Assembly: GCA_033875315.1 (NCBI GenBank) | Contig: JANRJG010000012.1 | Coordinates: 493-64,492, forward strand | DNA length: 64,000 bases | Direction of reading: 5' to 3' | Source of the DNA: Candidatus Methylacidiphilales bacterium | Lineage (GTDB): Bacteria; Verrucomicrobiota; Verrucomicrobiia; Methylacidiphilales; CAZTYG01 | Shown: positions 43,884 through 58,502 of the stretch, one piece after another | Layout: every line of letters begins with the position of its first letter | Numbering within the stretch: the stretch's first letter is position 1 | Translations under genes and position numbers: made by a program | Notes under the pieces: generated by a model | What the model was told of the DNA's origin: nothing | Database searches by the model: none | The model's input: only the letters and a program-made list of their open reading frames with translations

Positions 43884-44288
43884 CTACTTGGTGTTGAGGA
43901 CCTTGAGGGCTTTGGCCACATTGGCGGGCCGGAGGATGAGGAGCCCGGTGTCGGAAGTCGGGTTGGTGGCGCAGTAGGCGTATTCGATGTTGATTTTGGC
44001 CTCGCTGAGCTTGCGCGAGATGCTGGCCAGGCTGCCCGGTTTGTTGGCGCCCTCGATCATGATGACTTCATTTTCCACCACCAAGGTGTTGTGATCCTCG
44101 AAGGCGCGGATGGCCTTCTGGGGGTGGTCGACGACGAGCCGGACGACGGAGTGGTCGATGGTGTCGGAGGTGCTGATGGCGTAGATATTGATCTTGGCCT
44201 TGGAGAGGACCGAGCAGACCTCGGCCAGGGTGCCGGGCTTGTTGGCCAGGAAGAGGGCGAGCTGGGTGGCGACTTGCATAGGGGGCAT
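43884..44288 (-). CDS. Tandem ACT-domain protein
   Basis: 134 aa with two ACT-like halves (LFLANKPGTLAEV..INIYAIS and IEGANKPGSLASI..INIEYAY). It lies 42 nt downstream of gltB. Confidence 0.7.
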   Translation of the reverse strand: MPPMQVATQLALFLANKPGTLAEVCSVLSKAKINIYAISTSDTIDHSVVRLVVDHPQKAIRAFEDHNTLVVENEVIMIEGANKPGSLASISRKLSEAKINIEYAYCATNPTSDTGLLILRPANVAKALKVLNTK

Positions 44289-44330
44289 GGAGCAGCTTTG
44301 GGGCCGTAAACGAATGAATGGGGGGATGAA

Positions 44331-48869
<4,539 letters not shown>

Positions 48870-49004
48870 GATTTCCAACGTAATAACTCTGTGCGTGGAA
48901 GCAAGAGTTTTGCCATCCCAGATGCGGAAAGTAATCGGAATGGGTATTGTCAGCATCCAGGCGACAGTTTTGACGCTGGCCCGGCCCTGTGGCAGGATCG
49001 GTGG

Positions 49005-49814
49005 ATGGGATTGGCCATGAGGATGGGAGCGCGTCTGGATACCGAGTTGGTGGCGCGCGGTCTGGCCCGCAGCAGGGCCCTGGCCCGTGAGTCGGTGGAA
49101 TCGGGCAAGGTCCAGGTGAACGGGGTGACCTGCCTGCGTCCCGCACACAAGGTGGTGGCATCGGATGTCATCGAGACGACCGCGCGGGTGCGCTTCGTCA
49201 GCCGGGGTGGGGTCAAGCTTCAGGCCGCACTGGACCGTTTTGAAATCCCGGTCCAGGGACTGCGATGTCTGGATGTGGGGGCGTCCACGGGCGGATTCAC
49301 CGACTGTCTGCTGCAAGCCGGGGCGGCGCAGGTGGTATCCGTGGATGTCGGACATGGTCAGTTCGATCCGGCTCTCCGCGCCGACCCCCGGGTGGTGGTC
49401 TATGAGAAAATCAACATCCGCGAGACCCCACCGGCCCCATGGACCGGCACCTTCGGGTTGATCGTGGTGGATGTTTCCTTCATTTCCCTGGGTTTGGTTT
49501 TGCCGTCGCTGTGGCCATGGGCCGGACCTGATGCCGGGGTGGTTTTGTTGGTCAAACCGCAATTCGAGTGCGGACGGGCGGCGATTGGCAAGGGCGGGGT
49601 GGTGCGCGACCCGCAACTGCGCTGGCAGGCGGTGGAGGGTGTGCAAGCGTGGGTCAACGCGCAACCCGGCTGGAAAATCTTCGGGGTCGAGCCTTCGCCG
49701 ATCACCGGGGGCGACGGGAATGAGGAATTTTTGCTGGTGGCCGGAAGGGGCGCCTTCCAAGCGGTCGTTTCTGGGCTGGTATCGCCGCCCGCCACGGATA
49801 AGGTGCGTGGATGA
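49005..49814 (+). CDS. tlyA: TlyA-family rRNA 2'-O-cytidine methyltransferase
   Basis: This is the 3' end of the 1813-aa shadow ORF. RLDTELVARGLARSRALARE is an S4 domain, and RGGVKLQAAL and LDVGASTGGFTDCLLQ form the FtsJ-type MTase. Possible starts are the ATGs at 49005, 49017 and 49023. Confidence 0.85.
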   Translation: MGLAMRMGARLDTELVARGLARSRALARESVESGKVQVNGVTCLRPAHKVVASDVIETTARVRFVSRGGVKLQAALDRFEIPVQGLRCLDVGASTGGFTDCLLQAGAAQVVSVDVGHGQFDPALRADPRVVVYEKINIRETPPAPWTGTFGLIVVDVSFISLGLVLPSLWPWAGPDAGVVLLVKPQFECGRAAIGKGGVVRDPQLRWQAVEGVQAWVNAQPGWKIFGVEPSPITGGDGNEEFLLVAGRGAFQAVVSGLVSPPATDKVRG

Positions 49815-50677
49815 GTCTACATCCGGTGCATCGTGTGGCCGTGATGGTCAACCCGGCGAAATCGGGGGCGCGAACCGTGGCCACTCGGTTGAAACGGCTT
49901 TTCCGGCGACTGGGTGTTGAGAGCCGCTGGGGCGAGGCGGTCGAGGAAGGGGCGGTGTCGCGCGAGACCCCGTTCACCCAGGCGGGCGACGATCTGTTGG
50001 TGGCAGTGGGTGGGGACGGCACACTGCTCCAGGCCGCGCGTCGAAGCCGGGGCTCGGGGGTGCCGCTTTTGGGAATCAATGCGGGTTCGCTGGGTTTCCT
50101 CACTTCAATTGCCAGCCGATCGGTCGTCACCGACATGTCCCGCGTCCTGGCGGGGGATTACCAAATCAGCCGCCGCATGACCCTGGCGGTGAAAGTCATC
50201 CGGGGAGGAAAGACCTTTTCGCGCGGCTGGGCCTTGAACGAGGCGGTGATTTTCCGGGGTCACCACGCTCATATGATCCGGCTGGATGTGGAAGTCAGCG
50301 GTCGCCTGCTGAGCGATTATATGTGCGACGGATTGTTGCTGGCGACGCCGACGGGATCAACGGCTTACTCGCTCTCGGCTGGAGGTCCGGTGGTCAGTCC
50401 GACAGCATCCGTGATGGTCATCACCCCGGTATGTGCACACGCATTGACGAACCGGCCGGTCATCCTGGATGCCCGCGATGACGTCCGGGTGCGGGTGCCG
50501 GCCCGGTCCCCGGCTCTGGTGTTGAGTCTGGATGGTACCAGGTGTCTGGATCTGGTTTCCGGGGATGAAGTGGAGATCCGGCGAGATCCGAACCCGGTGC
50601 CTTTGGTGCATCTGGCCGGGAATGATTTCTATACAGTGCTTCGCCGGAAACTGGGTTGGAGCGGGAGCAGCGTATGA
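49811..50677 (+). CDS. nadK: NAD kinase
   Basis: GGDGTLL, NAGSLGFL and TPTGSTAYSLSAGGP. The ATG overlaps the tlyA stop (ATGA). Confidence 0.9.
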   Translation: MSLHPVHRVAVMVNPAKSGARTVATRLKRLFRRLGVESRWGEAVEEGAVSRETPFTQAGDDLLVAVGGDGTLLQAARRSRGSGVPLLGINAGSLGFLTSIASRSVVTDMSRVLAGDYQISRRMTLAVKVIRGGKTFSRGWALNEAVIFRGHHAHMIRLDVEVSGRLLSDYMCDGLLLATPTGSTAYSLSAGGPVVSPTASVMVITPVCAHALTNRPVILDARDDVRVRVPARSPALVLSLDGTRCLDLVSGDEVEIRRDPNPVPLVHLAGNDFYTVLRRKLGWSGSSV

Positions 50678-50769
50678 ATCCCGGGTCCGACGGGTTCCAG
50701 GCGGCGGGCGAAGCAAAAACCATTGATGATTGCCGGATCATGCCGTAGGGTTCGCGGCTCGTTTGTCTT

Positions 50770-51234
50770 ATGTCCAAGAGAATTTCCGATACCTTGAAGC
50801 CCTACCTGGTGGCCCTCAACCTCAAGGAGACCTCGCACCAGGCCGCCCTGCGTGAAATGACGGAGATGACCCGGGGCCAGGCCGACATGCTCGACGTGGA
50901 CGGGTTCTTCAAGGAACTCATGCTGCGGGAGAAACAGGAATCCACCTGCCTGGGCAACGAGATCGCTTTCCCCCATGCCCGCACCGACCATGTGAAAAAC
51001 CTGGTCATCCTGGCCGGCCGCAGCCTCGAGGGCGTGAAGTTTGAAAACGGCGAACAAACCGCGCGTTTGATTTTCATCATCGGCACGCCCAAGCGGATGG
51101 TGACCGATTATCTGGCGACTGTCGGGGCCCTGGCCCGCCTGCTCAAGGAGGAAAACCTCCGGCACAAATTACTGGCGGCAAAGTCAGGTGAGGAATTCAT
51201 TGCCCATGTCGCCGAGGCCGAGTCCCGGCTCTGA
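50770..51234 (+). CDS. PTS EIIA type-2 domain protein (PtsN-like)
   Basis: 154 aa. LGNEIAFPHAR contains the phosphorylatable His, and the overall layout follows EIIA-Ntr/Fru. Confidence 0.7.
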   Translation: MSKRISDTLKPYLVALNLKETSHQAALREMTEMTRGQADMLDVDGFFKELMLREKQESTCLGNEIAFPHARTDHVKNLVILAGRSLEGVKFENGEQTARLIFIIGTPKRMVTDYLATVGALARLLKEENLRHKLLAAKSGEEFIAHVAEAESRL

Positions 51235-51248
51235 TTGGCGGAGTCGGC

Positions 51249-52295
51249 ATGGTCACGCTCAAGCACATCGCCGCCAACCTCGACCTGTCGGTCATGGCCG
51301 TATCCAAGGCCCTGCGTGATGCTCCCGACATTGCCGCGGCCACCAAGGAACGGGTCAGGCGCGAGGCCGACCGCCTGGGGTACATTCCCAATCGCACCGC
51401 CCGCAGCCTGCGCGGTGGAACTTCCGGAATGATCGGGTTGATCCTGCCCTCGCTCAACGAGCCCTACGGTTGCAACATCATGCATGGCCTGGAGTTGGAG
51501 GCGACCGCGCGCGGGTTCGAGCTCCTGGTGGCGTCGTCGCAGAACCTTTTCGAACAGGAAATGCAGGCCGTGACGCGGATGTCGGAGCGGCAGGTGGAAG
51601 TCCTCTTTGTCTTTTCGCTCACCCGCAACCAGCAGCGCTCCGCGGTTTTGGAGGCGGCGCGCAAATTCCGCATCCCATTGGTGTTCCTGGACCATTACCC
51701 GCCGGATGCCGGGCAGTACGAACAGGCGACCTGGGTGGTGGTGGATTGTCTGAAAGGCGGCATGTTGGCGGTGCGGCATCTGGTGGAACTCGGCCACCGT
51801 GACATCGTGTATTTGGCCGGGCCGCCCACGGTCAGCGCGGCGGCCGAGCATTTGGTCGGGTTCCAGCGGGGCCTGCAGGAAGCCGGACTGCCTTACCGCG
51901 ACAGCCATGCCTTTCTGGCCGGGTTGGATATCGAATCGGGCAAGCAGGCCATGACCCGGGTGCTGGCCGAAGAAGTGTCCTTCTCCGCCGTGGTCTGTGC
52001 CAGCGATGCGGTGGCGGTGGGCGCATTTGAAATCCTGCGCCGGCAGGGCTACCGGGTGCCGGATGATGTGTCCTTGGTTGGGTTCGGCGATGGATTGCTG
52101 GCGGCCAACCTGGCTTCACCGCTGACGACGATCCGTCATCCCCAGGTGGATCTGGGCCGGACGGCGTTCAACCTCTGGCTCGGGGCCAAGACGCGGGGTG
52201 AGACGCTGAAGGGGAAAGTGTTGCCGGTGGAATTGATTGTGCGCGAGAGCAGCAGCGCACCGAAAGTCCCTCTGGCTGCACGGGTCAAAGAATAG
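51249..52295 (+). CDS. LacI-family transcriptional regulator
   Basis: N-terminal HTH (VTLKHIAANLDLSVMAVSKALRD..YIPNRTARSLR) plus a periplasmic-binding-protein-like sugar-binding core. Confidence 0.85.
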   Translation: MVTLKHIAANLDLSVMAVSKALRDAPDIAAATKERVRREADRLGYIPNRTARSLRGGTSGMIGLILPSLNEPYGCNIMHGLELEATARGFELLVASSQNLFEQEMQAVTRMSERQVEVLFVFSLTRNQQRSAVLEAARKFRIPLVFLDHYPPDAGQYEQATWVVVDCLKGGMLAVRHLVELGHRDIVYLAGPPTVSAAAEHLVGFQRGLQEAGLPYRDSHAFLAGLDIESGKQAMTRVLAEEVSFSAVVCASDAVAVGAFEILRRQGYRVPDDVSLVGFGDGLLAANLASPLTTIRHPQVDLGRTAFNLWLGAKTRGETLKGKVLPVELIVRESSSAPKVPLAARVKE

Positions 52296-52547
52296 GTCCC
52301 ACGCTGAACCCGGTCCAAAACTGCGGATCGGCAACCGGGGAATCGATGGGGGCTTGATCCGGCGCTGAAGCCGCACTCAGCGGAAAACTAAAAGCTAATT
52401 GAAGGCTAAGGCTTAAGGGAGCAAGATACGCCCAAGGAGAAGGACGATCAGCGGGTCGGCAAGTATAAAGAGCAAGTATAAAGAAAAGGCAAGCCGTTCA
52501 GAAAGGCCACGCTCCACCTGCCGCCCGAATAAAGAAGGAAACCGGCC

Positions 52548-52712
52548 TTATTTGGTTTCGCGGTGGACGGTGTGCTTCTTGAGGAAGGGGTTGTACTTCT
52601 TCTTTTCCACCTTTTCCGTCATCTGCTTCTTGTTCCGGGTGGTGAAGTATCGGGAGGCGGGCACGCCCGCGGCTTTGGCCTCGGTGCATTCCAGGATCAC
52701 TTTGTCGCGCAT
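52548..52712 (-). CDS. rpmG: 50S ribosomal protein L33, Cys-less (C-minus, zinc-independent) form
   Basis: The last 54 codons of a longer track ORF give [54 protein letters not shown]. This has the L33 layout, but only one Cys remains of the two CxxC knuckles. Confidence 0.85.
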   Translation of the reverse strand: MRDKVILECTEAKAAGVPASRYFTTRNKKQMTEKVEKKKYNPFLKKHTVHRETK

Positions 52713-52792
52713 AGGGCCGGAAAGTAAAGCGGGCCGGGGGCGGCGCGTCAACCCTGTTTGCATTCGTCCGCGCAAGCTGGTATCAAGGAGGG

Positions 52793-53329
52793 ATGCAGTG
52801 CACGTTTTGCAAAAACAGCGAGGCCACCTGCCACCTGACCAAGGTGGTGAACGGCAAAGCCATCGAGGTCCATGTCTGTGAGTCCTGCATCCCGGAAATC
52901 CACCAGGCCGACCTGATCGATTTCGATGTCTGGGAGGCCGTTTCCAAACTGGCCGCATCCAAGGGAATGCCCGACCCGGCCAAGATGCTCGAACCCGCGG
53001 AGGAAGAGGAAATTTCCGCCAAATCCCTGCTCATGGCCGGAAGCTCCCGCGGCCAGGCCTGCACGGTTTGCGGTTTCAGCAGCGAGGACCTCCGCAAGAC
53101 CGGACGCCTGGGTTGTCCGAATTGTTATGCCGTTTTCGCCGAGATGCTGGGCGATGTGCTCAACGACTGCCAGAAGGGGTTGCAGCACTCCGGCAAGGTC
53201 CCCGCGGCCCAGGTGGGGTTGCGCAAGAAAAACCTCGCCGATCTGCTCAAGAAAGCCGTCGATGACGAACGATTCGAGGAAGCCGCGCTGCTGCGCGACC
53301 AATTGAAAGTCCTCGAAGAGCAGGCCTGA
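52793..53329 (+). CDS. mcsA: McsA-like UvrB/UvrC-motif protein (protein-arginine-kinase activator homolog)
   Basis: [32 protein letters not shown], then [16 protein letters not shown], then a C-terminal UVR motif ([17 protein letters not shown]). It aligns block for block with Bacillus McsA as I remember it. Confidence 0.7.
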   Translation: MQCTFCKNSEATCHLTKVVNGKAIEVHVCESCIPEIHQADLIDFDVWEAVSKLAASKGMPDPAKMLEPAEEEEISAKSLLMAGSSRGQACTVCGFSSEDLRKTGRLGCPNCYAVFAEMLGDVLNDCQKGLQHSGKVPAAQVGLRKKNLADLLKKAVDDERFEEAALLRDQLKVLEEQA

Positions 53330-53574
53330 TGCCGTTGTACCAATACGAATTGGTCGAGGGGTCCTGCAAGATCTGCAAGGGTTCCTTTGAATTGCGCCGC
53401 CCGCTGGATGCCCCCGAGCTGCTGGCCTGCCCCCTCTGCCGCAAAGCCGTGCGCAAATGTCCCGGACAGATTTACACGCCCAAGGTCCTGCGCAAACCCT
53501 CCACCAGCGAGGCCAAGTCGGCCGGATTCAAGGTTTACAAGAAAGTGGACCGCGGCACGTACGAACGGCAATAG
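53329..53574 (+). CDS. FmdB-family zinc-ribbon protein
   Basis: [41 protein letters not shown] is the CxxC...CxxC putative regulatory zinc ribbon. The ATG overlaps the mcsA-like stop (TGATG). Confidence 0.75.
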   Translation: MPLYQYELVEGSCKICKGSFELRRPLDAPELLACPLCRKAVRKCPGQIYTPKVLRKPSTSEAKSAGFKVYKKVDRGTYERQ

Positions 53575-53589
53575 GCCGGACTGCGCTCA

Positions 53590-54561
53590 TCATTCCTCGA
53601 ACTGGCCGTACGCCCGGTAGCGCTCGTAGCGCTTGTCGAGGAGTTGCTTGGGCGAAAGTTTTTTGAGCACGGCCAGGTGTTTTACCAAGGTGGCCTTGAG
53701 CGCGTTGGACGTGGCTTCCCAATCGCGGTGGGCCCCTCCCTCGGGTTCGGGAACGACCTCGTCCACCAATCCCATTTCCAGCAGATCGGCGGCGGAGAGC
53801 TTGAGCGCGGAGGCGGCCTGGGGCGCATAGGCCCGGTCCTTCCACAGGATGCTGGCGCAGCCCTCGGGGGAAATGACGGAGTAGTAGGCGTTCTCCAGGA
53901 TCACCACCCGGTCGGCCACCCCGATGCCGAGGGCCCCGCCGCTGCCGCCTTCACCGATGACGGCGGCCACGATCGGGACCTCGAAGGTGAACATGTCGCG
54001 GATGTTGACCGCGATGGCCTCGGCCACATGGCGTTCCTCCGAGGCGACGCCGGGGTAGGCGCCGGGGGTGTCGATAAGGCAGACAATGGGGAGATGGAAT
54101 TTGTGCGCCAGTTGCATCAGGCGGAGGGCCTTGCGGTAGCCTTCCGGGTGGGCGCAGCCGAAATTGCGCATGAGGTTTTCCCGGGTGTCGCGGCCTTTTT
54201 GTTGCGCAATGACCACGACTTTTTCCCCATCGAGGGTGGCCAGCCCGCCGACGAGCGCCCGGTCATCGCCGTAGCGGCGGTCGCCGTGGAGTTCGACGAA
54301 TTCCGAGCACATGTAGGCGAGGTGGTCGAGGGCGAAGGGGCGCTGGGGATGGCGGACGATCTGCACCCGCTGCCAAGGGGTGAGGTTGGTGTAGACGTCG
54401 CGGCGGGTTTGGTCGAGTTTGCGGGTGAGGCGTTCCACATCGGCCCCGAAATCCATGCGGTGTTCGTGGGTGTGGCTCTTGATTTCCTCCAGCATTTTCT
54501 CGAGTTCCACGATGGGCTTCTCGAATTCCAGTGGAGTGATTTTTTTGACGACTTGGGACAT
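53590..54561 (-). CDS. accA: Acetyl-CoA carboxylase carboxyltransferase alpha subunit
   Basis: The ATG at 54561 gives LEFEKPIVELE, RHPQRP, IDTPGAYPG and AVIGEGGSGGALG. Confidence 0.95.
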   Translation of the reverse strand: MSQVVKKITPLEFEKPIVELEKMLEEIKSHTHEHRMDFGADVERLTRKLDQTRRDVYTNLTPWQRVQIVRHPQRPFALDHLAYMCSEFVELHGDRRYGDDRALVGGLATLDGEKVVVIAQQKGRDTRENLMRNFGCAHPEGYRKALRLMQLAHKFHLPIVCLIDTPGAYPGVASEERHVAEAIAVNIRDMFTFEVPIVAAVIGEGGSGGALGIGVADRVVILENAYYSVISPEGCASILWKDRAYAPQAASALKLSAADLLEMGLVDEVVPEPEGGAHRDWEATSNALKATLVKHLAVLKKLSPKQLLDKRYERYRAYGQFEE

Positions 54562-54710
54562 GGTCTTGAATGTGTCATTGTCATGTCGGCCCGCCGGAGC
54601 GGCAAGCCAATTCAGCGCCCGGCTTAAATCCGCCTGCGGCAGCTCTTCCAGGCCTGCCCGGCCGGAATTCACGTATTGATACGCGGGGGCGGAGCGGCAA
54701 AGATGCGCGG

Positions 54711-55571
54711 GTGAAGCGTTTTCTAACCGGGACCATGGCGGCCCTGCTGGCTCTTTTCCTCTGGAGTAATCTGGTCACCTATCCCGTTTGGCTGGCTTTG
54801 GATGCCATGGGTCACGGGGATGTTTCGTTCCGGAGGGTCTTCAGCCGCGTGTTGATGGTCGGGGCATTTCTGCTCCTGATACCCCTTTGGCGCTATTGGA
54901 AGATCCGCGGTTGGACCGCGCTGGGGTTCCAGTGGAAACCGGGGACCCTGCGCACGGCCTTGTGGTCTTTCCTGCTCGGCCTGGCCTTGGTCGGTGCACT
55001 GGCCCTCTGGTCGGCGGCCTGGGGGCACCGGGTCTGGCATCCGGAACTGCATGTTGCCAAATCCCTGGGCCACCTCTTTTCGGCCGTTTCCATCGGGTTC
55101 TTTGAGGAAACGATTTTCCGCGGAATTTTTTTCCTCGCGGTGCTTTCTTTCACTCCCGGGCGAATGCTTCCCTGGGTCGCCGTCGCCGGATCGCTGGTCT
55201 TCGCGGCCATGCACTTCTTCATCGATGTGCGCCCGCCCGGCGGAACTCCGGACTGGTGGACGGTGTGGGAGATGTGGCGGCACTGGGCGGCGAGTCTGGC
55301 CGACCCGGAATCGGTGTGTCGTCGCGGCCTGGGTCTTTTCCTGGCCGGGTTGGTCCTGTGTGCCACGGCCTGGCGGGCCGGGCACCTCTGGGCGGCGGTG
55401 GGCCTGCACGCCGGTTGGGTCTTTGCCATCAAGAGCGTCCATGGGTTGAGCGACCACCGGGGAGGGGACACCCTGTGGTTTACGAGTGATCTACTAGGTG
55501 GGTTGTGGGCCGCGGTGTTCCTGGCGGTGTTCCTGGCCCTGCAACTTTCCCCCCTGGCACGCAGACGGTGA
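54711..55571 (+). CDS. CPBP-family (CAAX/Abi) intramembrane metalloprotease
   Basis: Polytopic protein with FFEETIFRG (EExxxR motif) and FAAMHF (H motif). The start is uncertain between the GTG at 54711 and the ATG at 54735. Confidence 0.7.
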   Translation: MKRFLTGTMAALLALFLWSNLVTYPVWLALDAMGHGDVSFRRVFSRVLMVGAFLLLIPLWRYWKIRGWTALGFQWKPGTLRTALWSFLLGLALVGALALWSAAWGHRVWHPELHVAKSLGHLFSAVSIGFFEETIFRGIFFLAVLSFTPGRMLPWVAVAGSLVFAAMHFFIDVRPPGGTPDWWTVWEMWRHWAASLADPESVCRRGLGLFLAGLVLCATAWRAGHLWAAVGLHAGWVFAIKSVHGLSDHRGGDTLWFTSDLLGGLWAAVFLAVFLALQLSPLARRR

Positions 55572-56237
55572 AAGATTGGCTGGAAGGACTGATCGGGCTG
55601 GTCTACCCGGCCCTGCCGGTGGAGGGGGAACCCCGGCCCGTTGAGGAACCGTTCTGCCAGCGCTGCGGGGAGCCCTTCCCGATGACCCCGACCGGGGCAT
55701 TTGATTGTACCAACTGCCGCGGGCAGACCTGGGCCATCTCGCGCGCCCGCGCGGGCTATCTCTCCGAGGGACCGGTGCGCGAGGCGGTTCACGGTTTCAA
55801 GTACCGGGGCGAATTCCACCGGCTGCGGCAACTGGCCGGTTGGATGGAGGAGGGTTACCGGCGCTTTTATGCCGATGAAGCGGGTGGATGGGATGGCCTG
55901 GTGCCCGTGCCCCTCCACCCTGAACGCGAACGGGAGCGGGAATTCAACCAGGCCCACGAATTGGCCCGTCAACTGGGGAGGCGCACGGGACTGCCGGTTT
56001 TTCCGGGCCTTGGAGCGCATCAAGGTCACCTCGAACCAGGCCCGGCTCAGGCGCAGTGAACGCTTGAAAAACCTGCGGGGGGCGTTTCGGCTCAAGAGCG
56101 GGTTTGACGCCCGGGGAAGGCGGCTGCTACTTTTGGACGATGTCTTGACGACCGGTGCCACGGTCAACGCCTGTGCCCGTGTCCTGGTGGATGCGGGGGC
56201 GGCACACGTGGCGGCCCTCACGGTGGCCCGAGGCTGA
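55568..56237 (+). pseudogene. comF: ComF-family phosphoribosyltransferase interrupted by a +1 frameshift at a T5 run (55998-56002)
   Basis: The N-terminal part (CQRCGEPF..CTNCRG zinc finger, ..NQAHELARQLGRRTGLPVF) is in the frame of track ORF 55505-56059. The C-terminal part ([41 protein letters not shown] PRTase motif) is in the frame of ORF 55701-56237. Removing one T restores LPVFRALER. Confidence 0.7.
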
Positions 56238-56263
56238 TACAAAGCAAAAGCAGACGACCCACT

Positions 56264-57115
56264 ATGGCCATTTTTGACAAGCCCGCCTACGGAACCAACC
56301 GCCCACCGGTCCGGACCAAAAAGAAAGAAATCCCCCAGGGTCTCTGGACCAAGTGCCCCAGTTGCGGCGAGGTCCTGTTCAACAAGGAACTGGAGGACAA
56401 CCTCATGGTTTGTCCCAAGTGCGAGCACCACATGACCCTCTCGGCCCGGGCCCGCCTGCTCAGTGTGGCCGATCCGGACAGCTTCGAGGAGACCGACGCC
56501 GCGCTTTCCAGTGTCGACATCCTCAAATTCACCGGTGTCACCAGCTACCCCGAGCGGTTGAAGAATTACCGCAAAAAAACCGGTCTCAATGAGGCCGTGG
56601 TCTCCGGCAACTGCCGCATCGACGGCCGCCAGGTTTCGGTCGCGGCGATGGATTTCAATTTTCTGGGCGGCAGCATGGGTTCGGTGGTGGGGGAAAAGAT
56701 CACCCGCGCCATCGAGCGGGGGGCGGAGCAAAAACTTCCAGTGGTCGTCTTTTCCGCCTCCGGCGGGGCCCGGATGTATGAGGGCATGTTCAGCCTGATG
56801 CAACTGGCCAAAACCAGCGCCGCCCTGGCCCGGCTGGCCCAGCGGGGGCAACCTTTCATTTCGGTGTTAACCAACCCCACCATGGCCGGCGTCATGGCCA
56901 GCTATGCGTCGCTGGGCGACCTCATCATCGCCGAGCCCAAGGCCATGATCGGCTTTGCCGGGGCCCGGGTGATCAAGGAAACGACCCAGCAGCAATTGCC
57001 CAAGGGGTTCCAGACCGCCGAGTTCCTACTCGACCGCGGCCTGATCGACCACATCGTCCCCCGCCGGGATATGCGCGACATGCTGGCCAAGTTTCTGGGT
57101 TATCTGGCCGGTTGA
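56264..57115 (+). CDS. accD: Acetyl-CoA carboxylase carboxyltransferase beta subunit
   Basis: Zinc finger [16 protein letters not shown], then [11 protein letters not shown] and SGGARM.EG. Confidence 0.95.
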   Translation: MAIFDKPAYGTNRPPVRTKKKEIPQGLWTKCPSCGEVLFNKELEDNLMVCPKCEHHMTLSARARLLSVADPDSFEETDAALSSVDILKFTGVTSYPERLKNYRKKTGLNEAVVSGNCRIDGRQVSVAAMDFNFLGGSMGSVVGEKITRAIERGAEQKLPVVVFSASGGARMYEGMFSLMQLAKTSAALARLAQRGQPFISVLTNPTMAGVMASYASLGDLIIAEPKAMIGFAGARVIKETTQQQLPKGFQTAEFLLDRGLIDHIVPRRDMRDMLAKFLGYLAG

Positions 57116-57215
57116 GGGGATGTTTCCTCAGCTGGGCCGCATCCGTGCCACATCCCCGAACGGAGCCCCACGGGGTGCATCATTTGATGATTGAATTCAG
57201 GATGCGCACAAAACC

Positions 57216-58502
57216 ATGAGTCCCGCGGAAAGCGTCCACTATCTCCTTTCGCTCCAGCCCTCGGGCATCAAACTGGGGCTGGAAAACATGCGCCGTCTCT
57301 GCGCGGCCCTCGATCACCCGGAGCGGTCGCTCGCCTGCGTTCACATTGCCGGCACCAACGGCAAGGGGTCGGTGGCCGCCATGCTCGATTCCATCCTCCG
57401 CTGCGCCGGCCTGCGCAGCGGCCTCTACACCTCGCCCCACTTGATCGATTTCGGCGAACGCATCCGCGTGGAGGGCAGGCCCATGGCGCCGGAAGTCCTC
57501 GCCGCGCGGGTAGGGGAGTTGCGTGTGGTTCTGCAACGATTGGCCGGGGAGGGCTGCAAGCCGACATTCTTTGAGGCCACTACCGCCCTGGCATTCCAGG
57601 CCTTCCGCGAAGCCGGAACCGGGGTCGTTGTGCTGGAAACCGGACTGGGCGGCCGTCTCGATTCCACCAACGTGGTGGATCCGGTGGCCTGTGCCATCAC
57701 CCGCATCGGCATGGATCACCAGGAATACCTCGGGTCCACCCTGGAGGCCATCGCGAAGGAGAAAGCCGGCATCCTCAAGCCCGGGCGGCCGGCAGTGTTG
57801 GGGGAAATGCCTGGTGAGGCCATGCGCGTGGTCGAAGCCCGGGCCCGGGAGCTGGATGTTACCTTGGTCCACGCGGGCAATGGGAAGCCGACAGGCTGGA
57901 ATCGGAGGGAAGGACTGCAAGCCTTCACCTTTGACGGAAGATCATGGGCCACCCGGCTTCCCGGCGCCCACCAAGCGGAGAACGCCGCCGTGGTGCTGGC
58001 TATGGTCGGCATTCTGCGCGGGCTCGGGTGGACGATTCCGGATGCCGCCATCACCGCCGGACTGCTTGCCGTTGATTGGCCCGCCCGTTTCGAGATCGTC
58101 CGGCACGATCCCCCCCTGGTCATTGACGGCGGACACAATGAGGATGGCATCCGGGCCGCCCTGGCCTTCTGGCAGGAATGTTTCGGAGAAGTCCCCGGAC
58201 GCATCGTCTTCGCCTCGATGCGCGACAAGGACCTCGACGCCATGGTCGGCCTGCTGGACCGACCGGGCTATTCCATCGATCTGGTGCCGGTGGATTCACC
58301 GCGTTGCGCCCCGCCGCATGAACTGGCCGCCCGCTTCCATCAGGCGGCGACCCGTTGCTGGGATCGTCTGGCTGCCTGCCACGCGCAGGTCCGGACCGAT
58401 CCAGATCCGGCGGGCACTTTGGTGCTGGGCTCGCTTTATCTGGCTGGCGAATGGAAGTCGCTGGACACGGCGCGTCCGCACCAGCTCGGATTGAATGCAT
58501 GA
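57216..58502 (+). CDS. folC: Folylpolyglutamate synthase / dihydrofolate synthase
   Basis: HIAGTNGKGS P-loop, TSPHL, ETGLGGRLDSTN, IDGGHNEDG. Confidence 0.9.
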   Translation: MSPAESVHYLLSLQPSGIKLGLENMRRLCAALDHPERSLACVHIAGTNGKGSVAAMLDSILRCAGLRSGLYTSPHLIDFGERIRVEGRPMAPEVLAARVGELRVVLQRLAGEGCKPTFFEATTALAFQAFREAGTGVVVLETGLGGRLDSTNVVDPVACAITRIGMDHQEYLGSTLEAIAKEKAGILKPGRPAVLGEMPGEAMRVVEARARELDVTLVHAGNGKPTGWNRREGLQAFTFDGRSWATRLPGAHQAENAAVVLAMVGILRGLGWTIPDAAITAGLLAVDWPARFEIVRHDPPLVIDGGHNEDGIRAALAFWQECFGEVPGRIVFASMRDKDLDAMVGLLDRPGYSIDLVPVDSPRCAPPHELAARFHQAATRCWDRLAACHAQVRTDPDPAGTLVLGSLYLAGEWKSLDTARPHQLGLNA

